Positions 26,245 through 39,996 of a stretch of DNA of 64,000 nucleotides are shown piece by piece. The stretch comes from Octopus sinensis (Eukaryota). The DNA lies in the NCBI RefSeq assembly GCF_006345805.1, contig NC_043014.1, positions 41,540,001 through 41,604,000 of the forward strand, read 5' to 3'. The notes below the pieces were generated by a model. The model saw only the letters and a list, made by a program, of their open reading frames with translations. It did not search any database and was not told where the DNA came from. The position numbers were made by a program, and so were the translations under genes. Each line of letters starts with the position of its first letter. The stretch's first letter is position 1.

Positions 26245-27536
26245 ATGACATTAGTCATGTTTGTAATTTGGATGAGATGTGGTGTAGAACTAACTGTAAA
26301 TATTGTTACATATCAGAGGGTATAAGGTCGTATAGATCAGCATAATACATGGTATAATACATGGTATAATACCAGAGGTCCAAAGGGAAATGTTTCTCGG
26401 CATAATATTAAAGATCTATAGAAAAATGTTCTTAATCTTTAAGTGTTTAATTCTCTCTAACTATATCAATTTACGATGAGACAAGTCTCCTGTGCCACAC
26501 ACTTAACCTACGGCAGCTTCAAATATCTTTTGATGTCGGCTGCATTTTCTCTTGTTTGGGTGTTATTATTACATATTACAAGAAATTATTTTTGCAGGAC
26601 GCTTGCAGGAATGCAGAAGCTACTTAACGTATAATCTTCATTTGAAATCATCCTTATTGGGAGGTGTATTGGAGTGATTTAGCTGAGAGCAGAATAAGAA
26701 GACAACGAAAGAATTAATGAAATGCATAAACAGAAGCCGGTTAAAGTAGAAAATGAAATAAAGTTGGTCTCAGCAATGATTATTTACAAATTTCCTACTA
26801 ATGTTATGGATATTACTGTCACAAGTTATAAGACTATAAATCAAAAATCCGATGGCTCATATATTTTACTATTTGATTAACAATAGTATCGGTCCAAATG
26901 GTATAGGTCGTAGATTTATTTTGCTGCTCGGTCTAGCACTGTCACTGAGTCCTTGGGTGTTTCTACCCATGTCCTCTCTGTTGCAAGTATTCGGAGCATG
27001 ACATTGGTCATAGAATGGCTTAGCTGTCGTAGCATTCTCTTAACTCACACTGCGTAAATACAGGTTAAGGATGCTCCCCTTCTTTCTCTGACGAAGAAAA
27101 GAAGATAATAACGTGAACATGATATATCAGGTGACGGTGTTAGAGTCGTTGGCGAGTTGGATAGAATGGCATGTGATTTTTGCTCCGACTCCCCACGATC
27201 TGAGTTCAAATTTCCCGTTGCCCCAGTTTGTCTTTAACGAATAGAGATGTATATATTTATCTCCTCCCTCGAAATTGCCGGACTTGTGCCAAAATTTGAA
27301 ACTAATATTATTCCTGTAATAATTGAAGACATAGATCTTTAGCGACAACGATTCTCAAACCGATCGCTAAACTAGCCAAACATGGTTCTATCATAGTATT
27401 TCTGTGATATGACATGCGTTTGATTGAGTGCTTATGTATTTTCTATAGGACACAGGGTCACACATTTTTCGAATGTCATGTCTATATAAGCCATAATGAA
27501 AACACTCTTTGTTTTCTATCTACCAAGTGTATATAA

Positions 27537-27615
<79 letters not shown>

Positions 27616-27809
27616 CAGTGATGAAAGCCCTTTTGCAGAGAGCCCGAGTTACATCTCCTCATGTTTTCATTAACCACTACGGCTAAGCACATGCCGGGGA
27701 TTTATTTACATATATTATTTAAAAAAAATTTTCTTTATCTTCATTTATATCTATACATATGTGTGCGTGAGTGTGAGCATGTAAATATAAATGTGTGTAC
27801 GTATGCATG

Positions 27810-27872
<63 letters not shown>

Positions 27873-27875
27873 TTA

Positions 27876-27963
<88 letters not shown>

Positions 27964-29071
27964 TATTATATTATATATATAATATATATATGTATATATA
28001 TATATATATATATATGTATGCATATATATGTATATATAAATTTACTCATGAAAATTAATGTTTATGCGTACCGAATGAGAAATGACGGCTGGCTGTGTAA
28101 TAAAGAAATGCTAGTGCAACAGTAACCAGATATACGAAGCGTTCTGTTTCCATCTGCTCACCCGTCAGTGTCATATAATGACGAAACGCACCTGTTATGA
28201 ACGACTGATAAGAACAAAAAATGATGGCAAGCCTTTCGAAATAAGAATCTTTTTCTTTATTCCACGTGGTTTAGGCAACAGTTTCTGTCAGGAGGAAATG
28301 CCAACTTATTCTAATCAATCTCGCTATTGTTTATTTGACATTAAATTAAAAAAAAAAAAAAAAAAATTGTATTAAACTTCGTAAGATTCAATATAAAATG
28401 ATAAAACATGGGAAAATTCAATTGTTCCCGTTTGCGAGTAAATATTTACTGTTTTGCTACCAAACGTTCGCTGTTATAAGATTGCAAGTGTTGCAGCCAG
28501 CATACCATGAAAAAAACAGACATTTTGGTAAACAGCGAGCTAAACAGATACTGCAATGCAAGCGAGACATAAAGTCAAATAGCAATAAGGATAAAGTAAT
28601 GCTTACTGAGATGGTGGTTGCGTGTAAAAAAAAAACACTAAATAATGTCTCGGTATAATGTTTGTTATACAGACTCAACATATATATATTGTATTATTTT
28701 TCATTTATTTATTCATTTTGTTACTCAATTACTGAATAATAGAGTCGTTGACTATTATTATAGAGTTGGCAGATCAATGGTTCACTGCACTTCCGATGAA
28801 GAGAGTAAAGAAAAGGAAAAAACGAAAAGAAATGAATATAAAAGTAACACAATCTTGGTTTTGCTGCGTCAGAAACTAACACTTTCACCAATGGAGAGAA
28901 ATTTGAAAAATATAATCAAAAGAGCGAAAATACATCCATCCACACACACACGTGTGTGTATATGTATGTATGTACGTACGTACGTATGTATGTATGTATG
29001 ATGTATGTATGTATGTATGTATGTATGTATGTATGTATGTATGTATGTATGTATGTATGTATGAATGTATG

Positions 29072-29160
<89 letters not shown>

Positions 29161-29331
29161 ACAGACAGGAAGGATATATACAGTATAGCCGTGAATAACA
29201 GCAGAAAGAATGGGTATTATAACCCTTATAAGACGGGAAAAATTTGTAAAAAGTTGTGGGTCCCACGGTACTCGGACCCACACCTCCCGAATACCGGCTG
29301 AGTACGGAAATTTGAAGCTTATACATGTATG

Positions 29332-29371
<40 letters not shown>

Positions 29372-29387
29372 TAGATATGCTTATACA

Positions 29388-29438
<51 letters not shown>

Positions 29439-29444
29439 TGTATG

Positions 29445-29481
<37 letters not shown>

Positions 29482-29505
29482 TATATATATATATATGTAT
29501 GTATG

Positions 29506-29551
<46 letters not shown>

Positions 29552-29734
29552 TATATATGTATATACATGCATATATATGTATATATATATGCGTACACAC
29601 AAAAATACACAGTTATATAAACAAAGGAATAGAGATGATCGTAAAGCATTTTTCAATCAGTGAGAAACGTTTCGATAATCAGCAGACATTTTTATATTTC
29701 ATATAATCAACATAACGGATTTTCTTTTATCTTT

Positions 29735-29957
29735 TACTTGTTTCAGTCATTTGACTATCGCCATGTTTGGACACCGCGTTGAAGACTCACTTCTTGTGAG
29801 GCCTTATACTTGTTCTATCATCGCGTTGGCTGAACCGCAAAGCCAGAGAGTCGTAAACACACCAACACCAGTTGTCAAGCGGGGATGATGTGACAGACAA
29901 ACAAATATAAACTCAAAGATACACACACACAAACATAGATAATATAGATACATGTGG

Positions 29958-30002
<45 letters not shown>

Positions 30003-30290
30003 ATATATATTATATATTATATATATATATATATGTATATATATAATACACACACATATATACTCTTTTACTCTTTTATTTGTTTCAGTCATTTGACTGC
30101 GGCCATGCTGGAGCACCGCCTTAATCGAGCAACTCGACCCCGGCACTTATTCTTTGTAAGCCCAGTACTTATTCTATCGGTCTGTTTTGCCGGACCGCTA
30201 AGTGACGGGGACATAAACACACCAGCATCGGTTATCAAGCAATGCTAGGGGGACAAACACAGACACACAAACACACACACACACACATAT
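29735..30290 (-). mobile_element. Two 3' halves of SINE B (29735-29960 diverged; 30062-30290) ending in (TA)n
   Basis: TTACTTGTTTCAGTCATTTGACT...GGTTGTCAAGC motifs; heads missing. Confidence 0.75.
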
Positions 30291-30294
30291 ATAT

Positions 30295-30367
<73 letters not shown>

Positions 30368-31119
30368 GGGATGGTATTATTAAAATACCATCACAAGTGG
30401 TAAGCGAAATTATCAGCCGTACAGGCAAATTAATAAAATATACGGTGACGTATACTTATGCTTCTGTATATTTTGTTGGATTCTTTTGTTTACAGGCCAA
30501 TATTTACGAAGGAAAAATATATATGACGAAAACGAAAGAGGAGAATTTAAATATGGTTTAGGTAAAGGAAAATAAAATTATTGGGAAAACAAAACTAATT
30601 CATAAATGTCGTTCTCTTATCACGTAAAGGTTTTAGAAATAAATTTAGCTAGCAGTAAATATAATAATTTATCACTGATTCTGTCACATAAATATTCGTA
30701 TACTTTGATTTTAAACAAGGAGCAATGGATTAGCAAATAATTGATGAGAATTAGCAACAAGATACCTCCTTCTAATTTTGTTAATAAAATATTATAAGTA
30801 GAATTAAGTTAATGCGGAACAAGTCGTTGACCTTTTAAAGGATTTTTCTTCATTTTAGTTAGAAATGTGAGAATCTAGTTTCTCAGTTTATATATTTTGT
30901 GAGAATACATGTGAATGATTTGAGTGGAAGGATATTGCAGACAGGTGTTTACGCGCGTATTTATGTTTGCTTGTATAAGCAAGTTACCAACCATGAAAGC
31001 TAACATCTGTAAGTTCACAAGTGTTAAGGTGTATGTATGAAAACCATGTTTTATGAATGACACGTTTTTCGAAGTCAAATATAAATTCACATGAATCAAC
31101 AACGTGTGATGTCTATATG

Positions 31120-31157
<38 letters not shown>

Positions 31158-31954
31158 CATATGAATAAATTTGTGTGAGGTTGTATATAGATGTGAAGAT
31201 TACAATTACACACATGAACATTATTCCCTAGTTTATCTCACCTTACTAGTGCTCTCTCATGCATTGAAACCTTGTTTCCTTTTGTCTTCCCACTTACGGT
31301 TATTTTCGAATCAAAGCCAATTTAAGATATGCAGATAGCTTTTATATTTTTTTTACAATCTTACAGTTCCTCTTTCGCCCAACTTGTCTCATGCTGTCAT
31401 CTAACGACGGACTTAAGTCCAAAACCTTTAGACATCTGGATTATTTTTTTCTTTCGCGTGAAACAAATAGCTATATCTTTGTCTTCAATAAACTGTTTAT
31501 TTTATTCTGATATATTATTCTGTTATTCAGGCGAGGCAAAAAGCCAACCGCAAGAGGTCTTTGTTGGAGAAAAAGCAAACTGAAAGGAAGAGAGGTTTGC
31601 CCTAAGCTAAAGCACAAAACGTGTGAAGGCTCAGCAGGAAGTTTGGCAACTAGTCAGAAAACCATATCACCACAACAAAGACCACCTTCACAAAAAAACT
31701 ACTATAACTAAACCCTCAATCACACTACTCACAGCAGGAGAATACACAAATATAGAAATACCACAAGAAACAGCAAAACAACGACTATCACGACAAAACA
31801 ACTAAATACACAAAAATTAACCAACCCATCACCTTTAATAATGCATGCAGAAAAAATAGTGATGTTTATAGTACATAAGCACAAGCAAATAATAACAGAA
31901 TGTAGCACGAATAAAGCGTCTCCTAAACAAACGCTTACAATAATCTGAGAAATA

Positions 31955-32460
31955 TTGGGTTGTGCGGAAAGTTCGTGCCGATTTATAGTAGCTTACCTTT
32001 CGACTTATTTTAGAAAATGGTTGAGTCCATAAAATAGGATTTGACTATCATTCCATTTAGAACACAATTTAAGCTATCTTTTCGTTGAAGAAGATTTATC
32101 TTCCTATAACTTGTGTTAATTCGGATATTGCTTTTAAAATGGAACAAAAGGCTGTGTTACCCCACCCTCCATATTCACCGGATATTGCTCCTTCGGATTT
32201 ACACTTATTCAAGTCTCTGCAGAATAGTCTTAATGGTAAAAATTTCAATTCCTTGAATGACGTAAAAAGATACCTTGATGAATTGTTTGCCATGAAACCA
32301 CCTCAGTTCTGGGAAGAGGGTATTTTCAGGTTAAAAGAAAGATGGAGACGCATTGTGCAACAAAATGGTTCATATTTGGTTGATTAAAAATGTAATGGCA
32401 AGTATTTATTGACCTTTTTCTTTCCTTCAAAAATCGACACGAACTTTCCGGACAACCCAA
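31955..32460 (+). mobile_element. Internally deleted mariner element, TA TSD, ~28-bp TIRs
   Basis: TA|TTGGGTTGTGCGGAAAGTTCGTGCCGATTT...AAATCGACACGAACTTTCCGGACAACCCAA|TA. Confidence 0.9.
32139..32387 (+). pseudogene. C-terminal mariner transposase fragment
   Basis: LPHPPYSPDIAPSDLHLFKSLQNSLNGKNF...FWEEGIFRLKERWRRIVQQNGSY; contains only the last catalytic Asp motif. Confidence 0.9.
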
Positions 32461-32831
32461 TACATTTATAATATTCTGAAAAATATAAAAACTTCTCACA
32501 TGATAAGGGAATTTTCAAACGTGTTATGGACAAAATACTCTTTGGGATGAACTTTTAATGAATTCTTCATTGTCTAGGAGATCGAATTTCTTATTTTCCC
32601 TTCAACCGGGGAGAACAATGTCTCTCACTTTTCTACTTTTTCTAACCTTCATTTTCGTAAGCAGTGTAGGATGTATAAATGTACGTAGCCTCAGTTTGGC
32701 TTGGAAGCAGGGCATATTCCCAATGACCTAAAGTTATTAAATAGCAATGAGGAAATGATCATAGAATTCAATGTTTACAGCTAGCACTCTCAATTATATG
32801 TTGTCAGCCAGGATCTGGCGGTGAGATGCAA

Positions 32832-32940
32832 GGACATTTCGTCTCCTGTTATTTCGCCGTCGGTTAATTTGTTCCCGGTCAATTAGTCGTTGATCAATTC
32901 ATCCCCAGGTTAATTCGTCGCTGGCCAATTCGCCCCCACA
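32832..32940. repeat. ~7 degenerate 15-bp tandem repeats (GGTCAATTCGTCCCC-like), probably a DNA-transposon subterminal array
   Basis: GGTTAATTTGTTCCC GGTCAATTAGTCGTT GATCAATTCATCCCC AGGTTAATTCGTCGCT GGCCAATTCGCCCCC. Confidence 0.5.
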
Positions 32941-33498
32941 TACCATTAAATGTGATTTTCGATGGCTAGTTGAGAACAATCATTTTAGAATTAAAATTGT
33001 CGTTGGACAGTTTTAGATATTTCTTTCCTGGACACCGGCGATGAGGTGGTACTATGGTTTTGCACAGCCTTGGATCTCGAGGCATCGACCACTCCATTGG
33101 ACTCGAACAGTAAGACGACGTCGCTGAATGCAAGAGACATCTAGGGCGTGCAATTCAACATGTAGCCATCAAAGGCATGAAGGAACGAGGAAAATTGTTT
33201 GATATGTAGCAAGAAAACACACAATTCAACTTTTGCAGCATCAGTAAGGACGCGCACTAAGCAAATGCGCGTTCTTTTCGAGCACTTCGAAACGGATGGT
33301 GAATCGGAAACGGTAAGAGACTTTAGTGGTTAACTTGATGTTATACTGCGGCAGTTAACTGAAGTCGTAAAGTTTTGCGAAAAGCCAAAAACAGTTGTTT
33401 AGATCCGATTGGTGGTTCTCACGCTAATAAAATACGCAAGCAAACATATAAACATACATATCCCTATATTCTAAAACAGGGCCGATAAATTAAGTACC

Positions 33499-33725
33499 TA
33501 TTTCTTTACTACCCACAAGGGTCTAAACACAGAGAGGACAAACAAGGACAGATAAACGGATTAGGTCGATTATATCGACCCCAGTGCGTAACTGGTACTT
33601 ACTTAATCAACCCCGAAAGGATGACAGGCAAGTCGACCTCGGCCGAATTTGAACTCACAACGTAGAGACAGACGAAATACCACTAAGTATTTCGCCCGGC
33701 GTGCTAACGTTTCTGCCAGCTCGCC
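33499..33725 (-). mobile_element. SINE D inserted antisense into the 3' half of a SINE D/E (33733-33830), 20-bp TSD
   Basis: GGGCCGATAAATTAAGTACC at 33479-33498 and 33733-33752. Confidence 0.85.
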
Positions 33726-35126
33726 ACTTTTGGGGCCGATAAATTAAGTACCAGTTGCATACTGGAGTCGATTTAATCGACTTGACGCTCCCCGAAAATT
33801 TCGGGCCTTGTGCCTAGAGTAGAAAATTATATTCTAAAACACAACGGTCGAATATACATATATGTAAATAGAAAGATACATTTACATATATATACATTTT
33901 TTTTTATGTTCCCAACCAACAGAACAGTCTAGACGATATTTATATTTCCCTGAATCGTGTTTGAAATAGTCAAAATTTCTTTTTATGTTTTTTATGTTTG
34001 CTAGGAAAAGCAATATTTGCTCGAAACACCAGCAAAAATTAATTATTTCAAACTCCAAAATTAGAAACGGTTTCGATAGAAAAGAAATATAATTAATCCG
34101 TGGGACAAATTTCAACTGAAATACTAAACTTCCAATTTATATCTACTTCATCAGGGAAAGGTAGCTTTCTTTTTTTTTTAATATTCTTGACAAACACCAA
34201 CAGTATCAATTATTAATTTTACATAAGCACGACGTCCTTGGTTTACATGAAATGAAAAGGAATAACGTTGATGTTGATGTTTTCTCATGTTAGCACATGG
34301 TCACGCTTGTTACTCAAGCATAAAGTACACTGAATCTACACCAGTATTATGTTTTTAATATTTACCAGCTTCGGAATGATTTTAATCCTGAATTTTGACA
34401 AAGATCAAAGTGAAGTAATTGGTATTTAAAGGGAAAAATTTGACAAGTCAGTCAGTCACCGGTTGATACTCGCTGACGATACATCGAAGAGGCCAGGGAA
34501 CAGAAGAAAGAAGAAGAAGAAAGAAGACATGCACCCAACACAAGAGCCGAAGACACCCCCGAAAGGGGCGGGGGCTCGCCACGTCAAAACGGTAGAGGAG
34601 TGCCTCCTGATGATGTCTTGAGCTAACTGGATCCTATAAAGGAGCTGTTGTGGTAGCAGACCACGACACACGGTTGTAATTCCTCTGAGGCTCAAGGTCA
34701 GCAGTCTTCGAAGAAGGGACTTAGCCGATGCTATGATTCCAATATTTGGCTAGTATTTTATTTCATCGACCCAATATGGAGGAACGACTAGGTTGATCTC
34801 AGAAGGATTTGAACTCGATATAAAGTGCTGGAAAAAATAATATAAAACATTTTCCCGACGCTTAAAGTAATCTGCCAGCTTGTGGCCAACATCAAAATAT
34901 AATCCTCTCTACTAAAGACACAAAGCCTGAAATTTTGGGGGAGGGGACTAGTAGACTACATCGACCAGATCTTTACCCTTTGAACGGCAGATCGAGAAAT
35001 TAATTTTTTGTAACTAAATATTTTCAAACTTCGGACACTGGTAGAATGTGTCATATAAAACATCTTTTACACTTAGTGTTTGACGTAACTCTTCACGAAG
35101 GTAAATAGACAATAAGAAGAGCGATA

Positions 35127-35190
<64 letters not shown>

Positions 35191-35192
<2 letters not shown>

Positions 35193-35917
35193 GCCTCCCC
35201 ACCAGAAATTACCAAAAACATGTAATGAAAAGAAATATAACAAGTAACTGCAGAATATGTGGAGATAGCAAAGAAACAATAAATCATATTATCTCTAGCT
35301 GCCCAGTCCTGGCTAAGAAGGAATATATTCACAGACATGACAGAGTTGGAACCTACATACATTGGAAGCTATGCCAACATTATGGAATAACAACAGAAAA
35401 AAAGATGGTATAGGCACACACCAGAAAAGGTCACAGAAAACGAGAAAGCAACCATACTCTGGGATATGCCGATACACACAGATAGAGAAATTAAGGCCAA
35501 CAGACCAGATATAGTTATCAGAGATCATGAAGAAAAAAAATGCTTTCTAATTGATGTATCAATACCGGCAGATGACAACGTGTCTCTAAAAGAAATGGAG
35601 AAACTCCTAAAATACAAAGACCTGGAAATAAAGGTAACTAGAATGTGGAATCTGAAAACAGAAACAATTCCTATCATAGTAGGTGCATTAGGCATGATAA
35701 AAAAATATTCAGACAAATACATAACAAAAACACCAGGACTTACAAACACATATAACATACAGAAAATTGCACTACTAGGCACTGCACACATCCTACGCAG
35801 AACACTTTCCATACAATAACCATCAGAGCATCACAACAAATCACAGCACATACCCAAGGCACACAGAGCTGCGCTCGGCAGTGAAGTGAAAGCACGCTAT
35901 AAAAAATAAAACTACTG
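35191..35917 (+). mobile_element. 5'-truncated R4/Dong-type non-LTR retrotransposon in (TAA)n
   Basis: CCHC knuckle CRICGDSKETINHIISSC (from 35249), RLE motif RPDIV...IDVSIP...K (35466..35819), one frameshift in a poly-A at ~35400, ~100-bp 3'UTR, (TAA)n on both sides. Confidence 0.9.
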
Positions 35918-35933
35918 AATAATAATAATAATA

Positions 35934-35977
<44 letters not shown>

Positions 35978-36056
35978 TATAATAATAATAACAATAATAA
36001 TGATGATAATGATAATAATAATAATAATAATAATAGTAATAATAATACTTATAATA

Positions 36057-36116
<60 letters not shown>

Positions 36117-36516
36117 GCGTTGATACTGCATCAACCTTTAACAAATTTACAGCAGAATAAAATGAATTTATGTGGCTAATGATTGACTCCCAGAATTGTG
36201 TCGTGACTGTTATGCATTAGGTGATTGGATGGTAGTTAATATGGCGCAAGTGTGTGTAAAGATGTGCACATCACTTGAAAGTTATGTAACTTGACGTTGG
36301 CGAATGTCGTATTACATAACAACTGGGACATAAAAACAAATAGTAAAACAACAGTAAATTTACTACCGTAGTTATCTCGACCGAGCTGCTTCATTCGCAA
36401 GGTGAAAATTTAGTGGAATGAATTATACATTACATTGCATATTATACATGGCGTAAAATTTATGGTGCTATGTTTTTTTGTGTGTATCTAAATTAACTAT
36501 TACTAGAAAGAATATG

Positions 36517-36523
36517 TTGTTGC

Positions 36524-36558
<35 letters not shown>

Positions 36559-36925
36559 AGCGAACGGTCTTCGTCCCAGAGTTCGCAAGATGGGAGAAGT
36601 CCGAAACGTGGTCCTTTACTATTCGTAAGATCCGCAGAAGAGAAAGCAGGCCAACCCCCGACACCGAGAGCATCGGCGGATGGATGAATGCGCATCCAGA
36701 TTCAGCGGTTGCATAGGAAGTCGGGAACAAGAAGCAGGAAAAAAGAGTGAGAGAAAGTTGGGGCGAAAGAGTACAAAAGGGGTCGCTACCACCCCATGCC
36801 GGAGTGTCGTGGAGCTTTAGATGTTTTCCCTCAATAAACACACACAATGCCCGGTTTGGGAATGGAAACCGCGATCCTCCGACCGCGAGTCCGCTGCCCT
36901 AACCACTGGGCCATTGCGCCTCCAC
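36517..36925 (-). mobile_element. SINE head A + tail 4 ending in (CAACAG)n
   Basis: Head A 36730-36925; distinct tail 36559-36730; GTTGTTGCT on both flanks. Confidence 0.8.
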
Positions 36926-37667
36926 GTTGTTGTTGCTCTTGCTTGTGCTAATGTGATTTAGCCCGGAGTCAGCAATGATCAAACAGGTCTATGAAAATCT
37001 CATCGACATTAGTTCTTTATTTGTTTCATTTTTTTCCAGCAGCATTGTACGCTTGGTTTCTATTTCTTGCAGGCTGAGCGAGCATGTAGAGCAAGGGTCG
37101 GCGAAACGGGGTAAATTACCCCAAGTGGGTTAAAAATGAAATTCTTGGGGGTAATAAAGACTCATCAAACATCAATAAAATTATATAAAGAACGTATTTC
37201 TTGTTACGACAGAAATTTTTCTCCTTGCAACACTGCATCTGTTCAACGTAATGGACGACTTTAGGAGACGTCACGCGAAATAGATTCAACAGAACTTCTG
37301 AATTCAAAGATTTCCTTCCTTTCAAATTACAGGAGTAACCTTGGCATAAATAAATATAATTTGGGATAATTGGTGAAAAATGTTCCTGGACCCCTGATGT
37401 AGAGTATCATCTCCTTTTAAGTAGAGACTAAAATTATGTAATGTTTAGACGTACGTAACTGAACCTCTTATAATAATAATTAAGCAAGACTAGATTTGTT
37501 GCTGATATCATTGTTTCAGATATACATATTCAATAATTTTATCTTATTAGTACTAGTATATTAGTGCTAATCGATATAAGAACTTTGGAACTATAACGGC
37601 CAAAACAACATCTTTGGATTGGAACATACAGAATCGAATGAATACACTAAAGCATTTAGCCCTGTGG

Positions 37668-37902
37668 CGAGCTGGCAGACTGCAAGGCGGCGAGCTGGCA
37701 GACTCGTTAGCACGCCGGGCGAAATGCGTAGCCGTATTTCGTCTGCTGTTACGTTCTGAGTTCAAATTCCGCCGAGGTCGACTTTGCCTTTCATCCTTTC
37801 GGGGTCGATAAATTAAGTACCAGTTACGCCCTGGGGTCGATGTAATCGACATAATCCGTTTGTCCCCTCTGTGTTTAGCCCCTTGTGGGCAGTAGTGAAA
37901 TA
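37668..37902 (+). mobile_element. SINE D with 15-bp TSD
   Basis: TSD CATTTAGCCCTGTGG at 37653-37667 and 37903-37917; short duplicated head start. Confidence 0.9.
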
Positions 37903-37911
37903 CATTTAGCC

Positions 37912-38193
37912 CTGTGGTTCCCAAACTTTATCGGGCTGCCACTCCCTTGATAATCAGGCCACATTCCTAGAACCCTCACCCCAAGTAACCATTACAAACA
38001 TAGACCTGTTTCTGAAGCAAATTCAAAGCAACTGTATTTCACAAATAAAACTTAACCTAACGAACTCATTATTTTGTTGCTTTTACGTGATTCGCTATCC
38101 TATTATAAGCCCCACATTTTACATGAACCACTACACCATTATTGCCCCAATTTTCCCGAATGGGGGCAGTACCGCCCACTTTGGGAACTACTG
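37912..38193. mobile_element. hAT/Charlie-like MITE
   Basis: TIRs CTGTGGTTCCCAAACT / ACTTTGGGAACTACTG; TSD degenerate. Confidence 0.6.
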
Positions 38194-38235
38194 ATTTTAA
38201 CCGAATGTGTTATTGTGCTAGTACATCTATCACAT

Positions 38236-38795
38236 ATATTCTTTTCTACTCTAGGCACGCAGCTCGAAATATTTTGGGGATGGGGCCAGTCGATTAGATC
38301 GACCCCAGTAGGCAACTGGTACTTAATTTATCGATCCCAAAAGGATGAAAGGCAAAGTCGACATTCACGGAATTTGAACTCATAATGTAAAGACAGACGA
38401 AATACCTATTTCTTTACTGCTCACAAGAGGCTAAACACACAGAGGGCAAACAAGGACAGACAAACGGATTATATCGATTATATCGACCTCAGTGCGTAAC
38501 TGGTACTTAATTTATCGACCCCGAAAGAATGAGAGGCAAAGTCGACCTCGGCGGAATTTGAACTCAGAACGTAGCGGCAGACGAAATACCTCTAAGCATT
38601 TCGCCTGGCGTGCTAACGTTTCTTATTTCTTTATTGACCAGAAGGGGCTAAGCATAGAGGAGACAGACAAAGGGATTAAGTCGATTACATCGACCCCAGT
38701 GCGTAACTGGTACTTAATTTATCGACCCCTAAAGGATGACAGGCAAAGTCGACCTCGGCGGAATTTGAACTCAGAACGTAACGGCAGACGAAATA
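38236..38795 (-). repeat. SINE D trimer (3'-most unit has tail E)
   Basis: Junctions at 38406/38407 (GAAATA|GGTATTTC) and 38623/38624 (GAAATA|AGAAACG). Confidence 0.85.
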
Positions 38796-38800
38796 TATAT

Positions 38801-39238
38801 ACTCTTTTTACTCTTTATACTTGTTTCAGTCATTTGACTGTGGCCATGCTGGAGCACCGCCTTTAGTCGAGCAAATCGACCTCGGGACTTATTCTTTGTA
38901 AGCCCAGTACTTATTCTATCGGTCTCTTTTGCCGAACCGCTAAGTAACGGGGACGTAAACACACCAGCATCGGTTGTCAAGCAATGCTAGGGCAACAAAC
39001 ACAGACACACAAACATATTCACACACACTTATATATATATATATACATATATACGACAGGCTTCTTTCAGTTTCCCTCTACCAAATCCACTCACAAGGCA
39101 TTGGTCGACCCGGGGCTATAGCAGAAGACACGTGCCCAAGATGCCACGCAGTGGGACTGAACCCGGAACCATGCGGTTGGTAGGCAAGCTACTTACCACA
39201 CAGCCACTCCTGCGCCTATAGCCACTCCTGCGCCTATA
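38801..39238 (-). mobile_element. SINE B, full length
   Basis: Complete head/CORE-like/tail; 18-bp head duplication at 39221-39238. Confidence 0.9.
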
Positions 39239-39575
39239 TATATATTTTTTTAGTCGCTAAAGTAGTAATCATTAACTTTTAACCGCGATGGACTGTATTC
39301 ACACATTTTTCTTATATTTTTCTTATATGCTTGTATTGATGAGTTGTGTTTCATCTTCCGTGATTTTATGCATGTATATTCTATGTGAAAGAAAAGGCAT
39401 TATGTGATTAAATGTTCGAGATATGAAATGTTACGTGGATGAGATATATATTTTTTAAACATTACAACATCTAGAATAATAAATACATAAAAATATAAAG
39501 AAATATATAAATATAAAGATATATAAAAAGATATTAAAAAAAAACATATATACAGGAAACTCTCTTTATAGGAAA

Positions 39576-39795
39576 CTCTCTTTACTCTTTTACTCTTTTA
39601 CTTGTTTCAGTCATTTGACTGCGGCCATGCTGGAGCACCGCCTTTAATCGAGCAACTCGACCCCGGGACTTATTCTTTTGTAAGCCCAGTACTTATTCTA
39701 TCGGTCTCTTTTGCCGAACTGCTAAGTAACGGGGACATAAACACACAAGCATCGGTTGTCAAGCAATGCTAGGGGGACAAACACAGACACACACA

Positions 39796-39833
<38 letters not shown>

Positions 39834-39996
39834 TACGACGGGCTTCTTTCAGTTTCCTTCTACGAAATCCACTCACAAGGCTTTGGTCGGCCCGAGGCTA
39901 CAGTAGAAGACACTTGCCCAAAGTGCCACGCAGTGGGACTGAACCCGGAACCATGTGGTTGGTAGACAAGCTACTTACCACACAGCCACTCCTGCG
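39576..39996 (-). mobile_element. SINE B, full length
   Basis: Complete head/CORE-like/tail. Confidence 0.9.

Noticed and set aside
26880-26990. Signal-peptide-like translation ILLLGLALSLSPWVFL
   Set aside because: No start codon or splice support; ends in a stop; likely chance.
27088-27120. CTGACGAAG core-like match
   Set aside because: No stem II and no GAAA-stem III.
34100-34160. CUGAUGA (minus, 34148-34154) with downstream GAAA...GUC
   Set aside because: Stems I, II and III cannot be paired convincingly.
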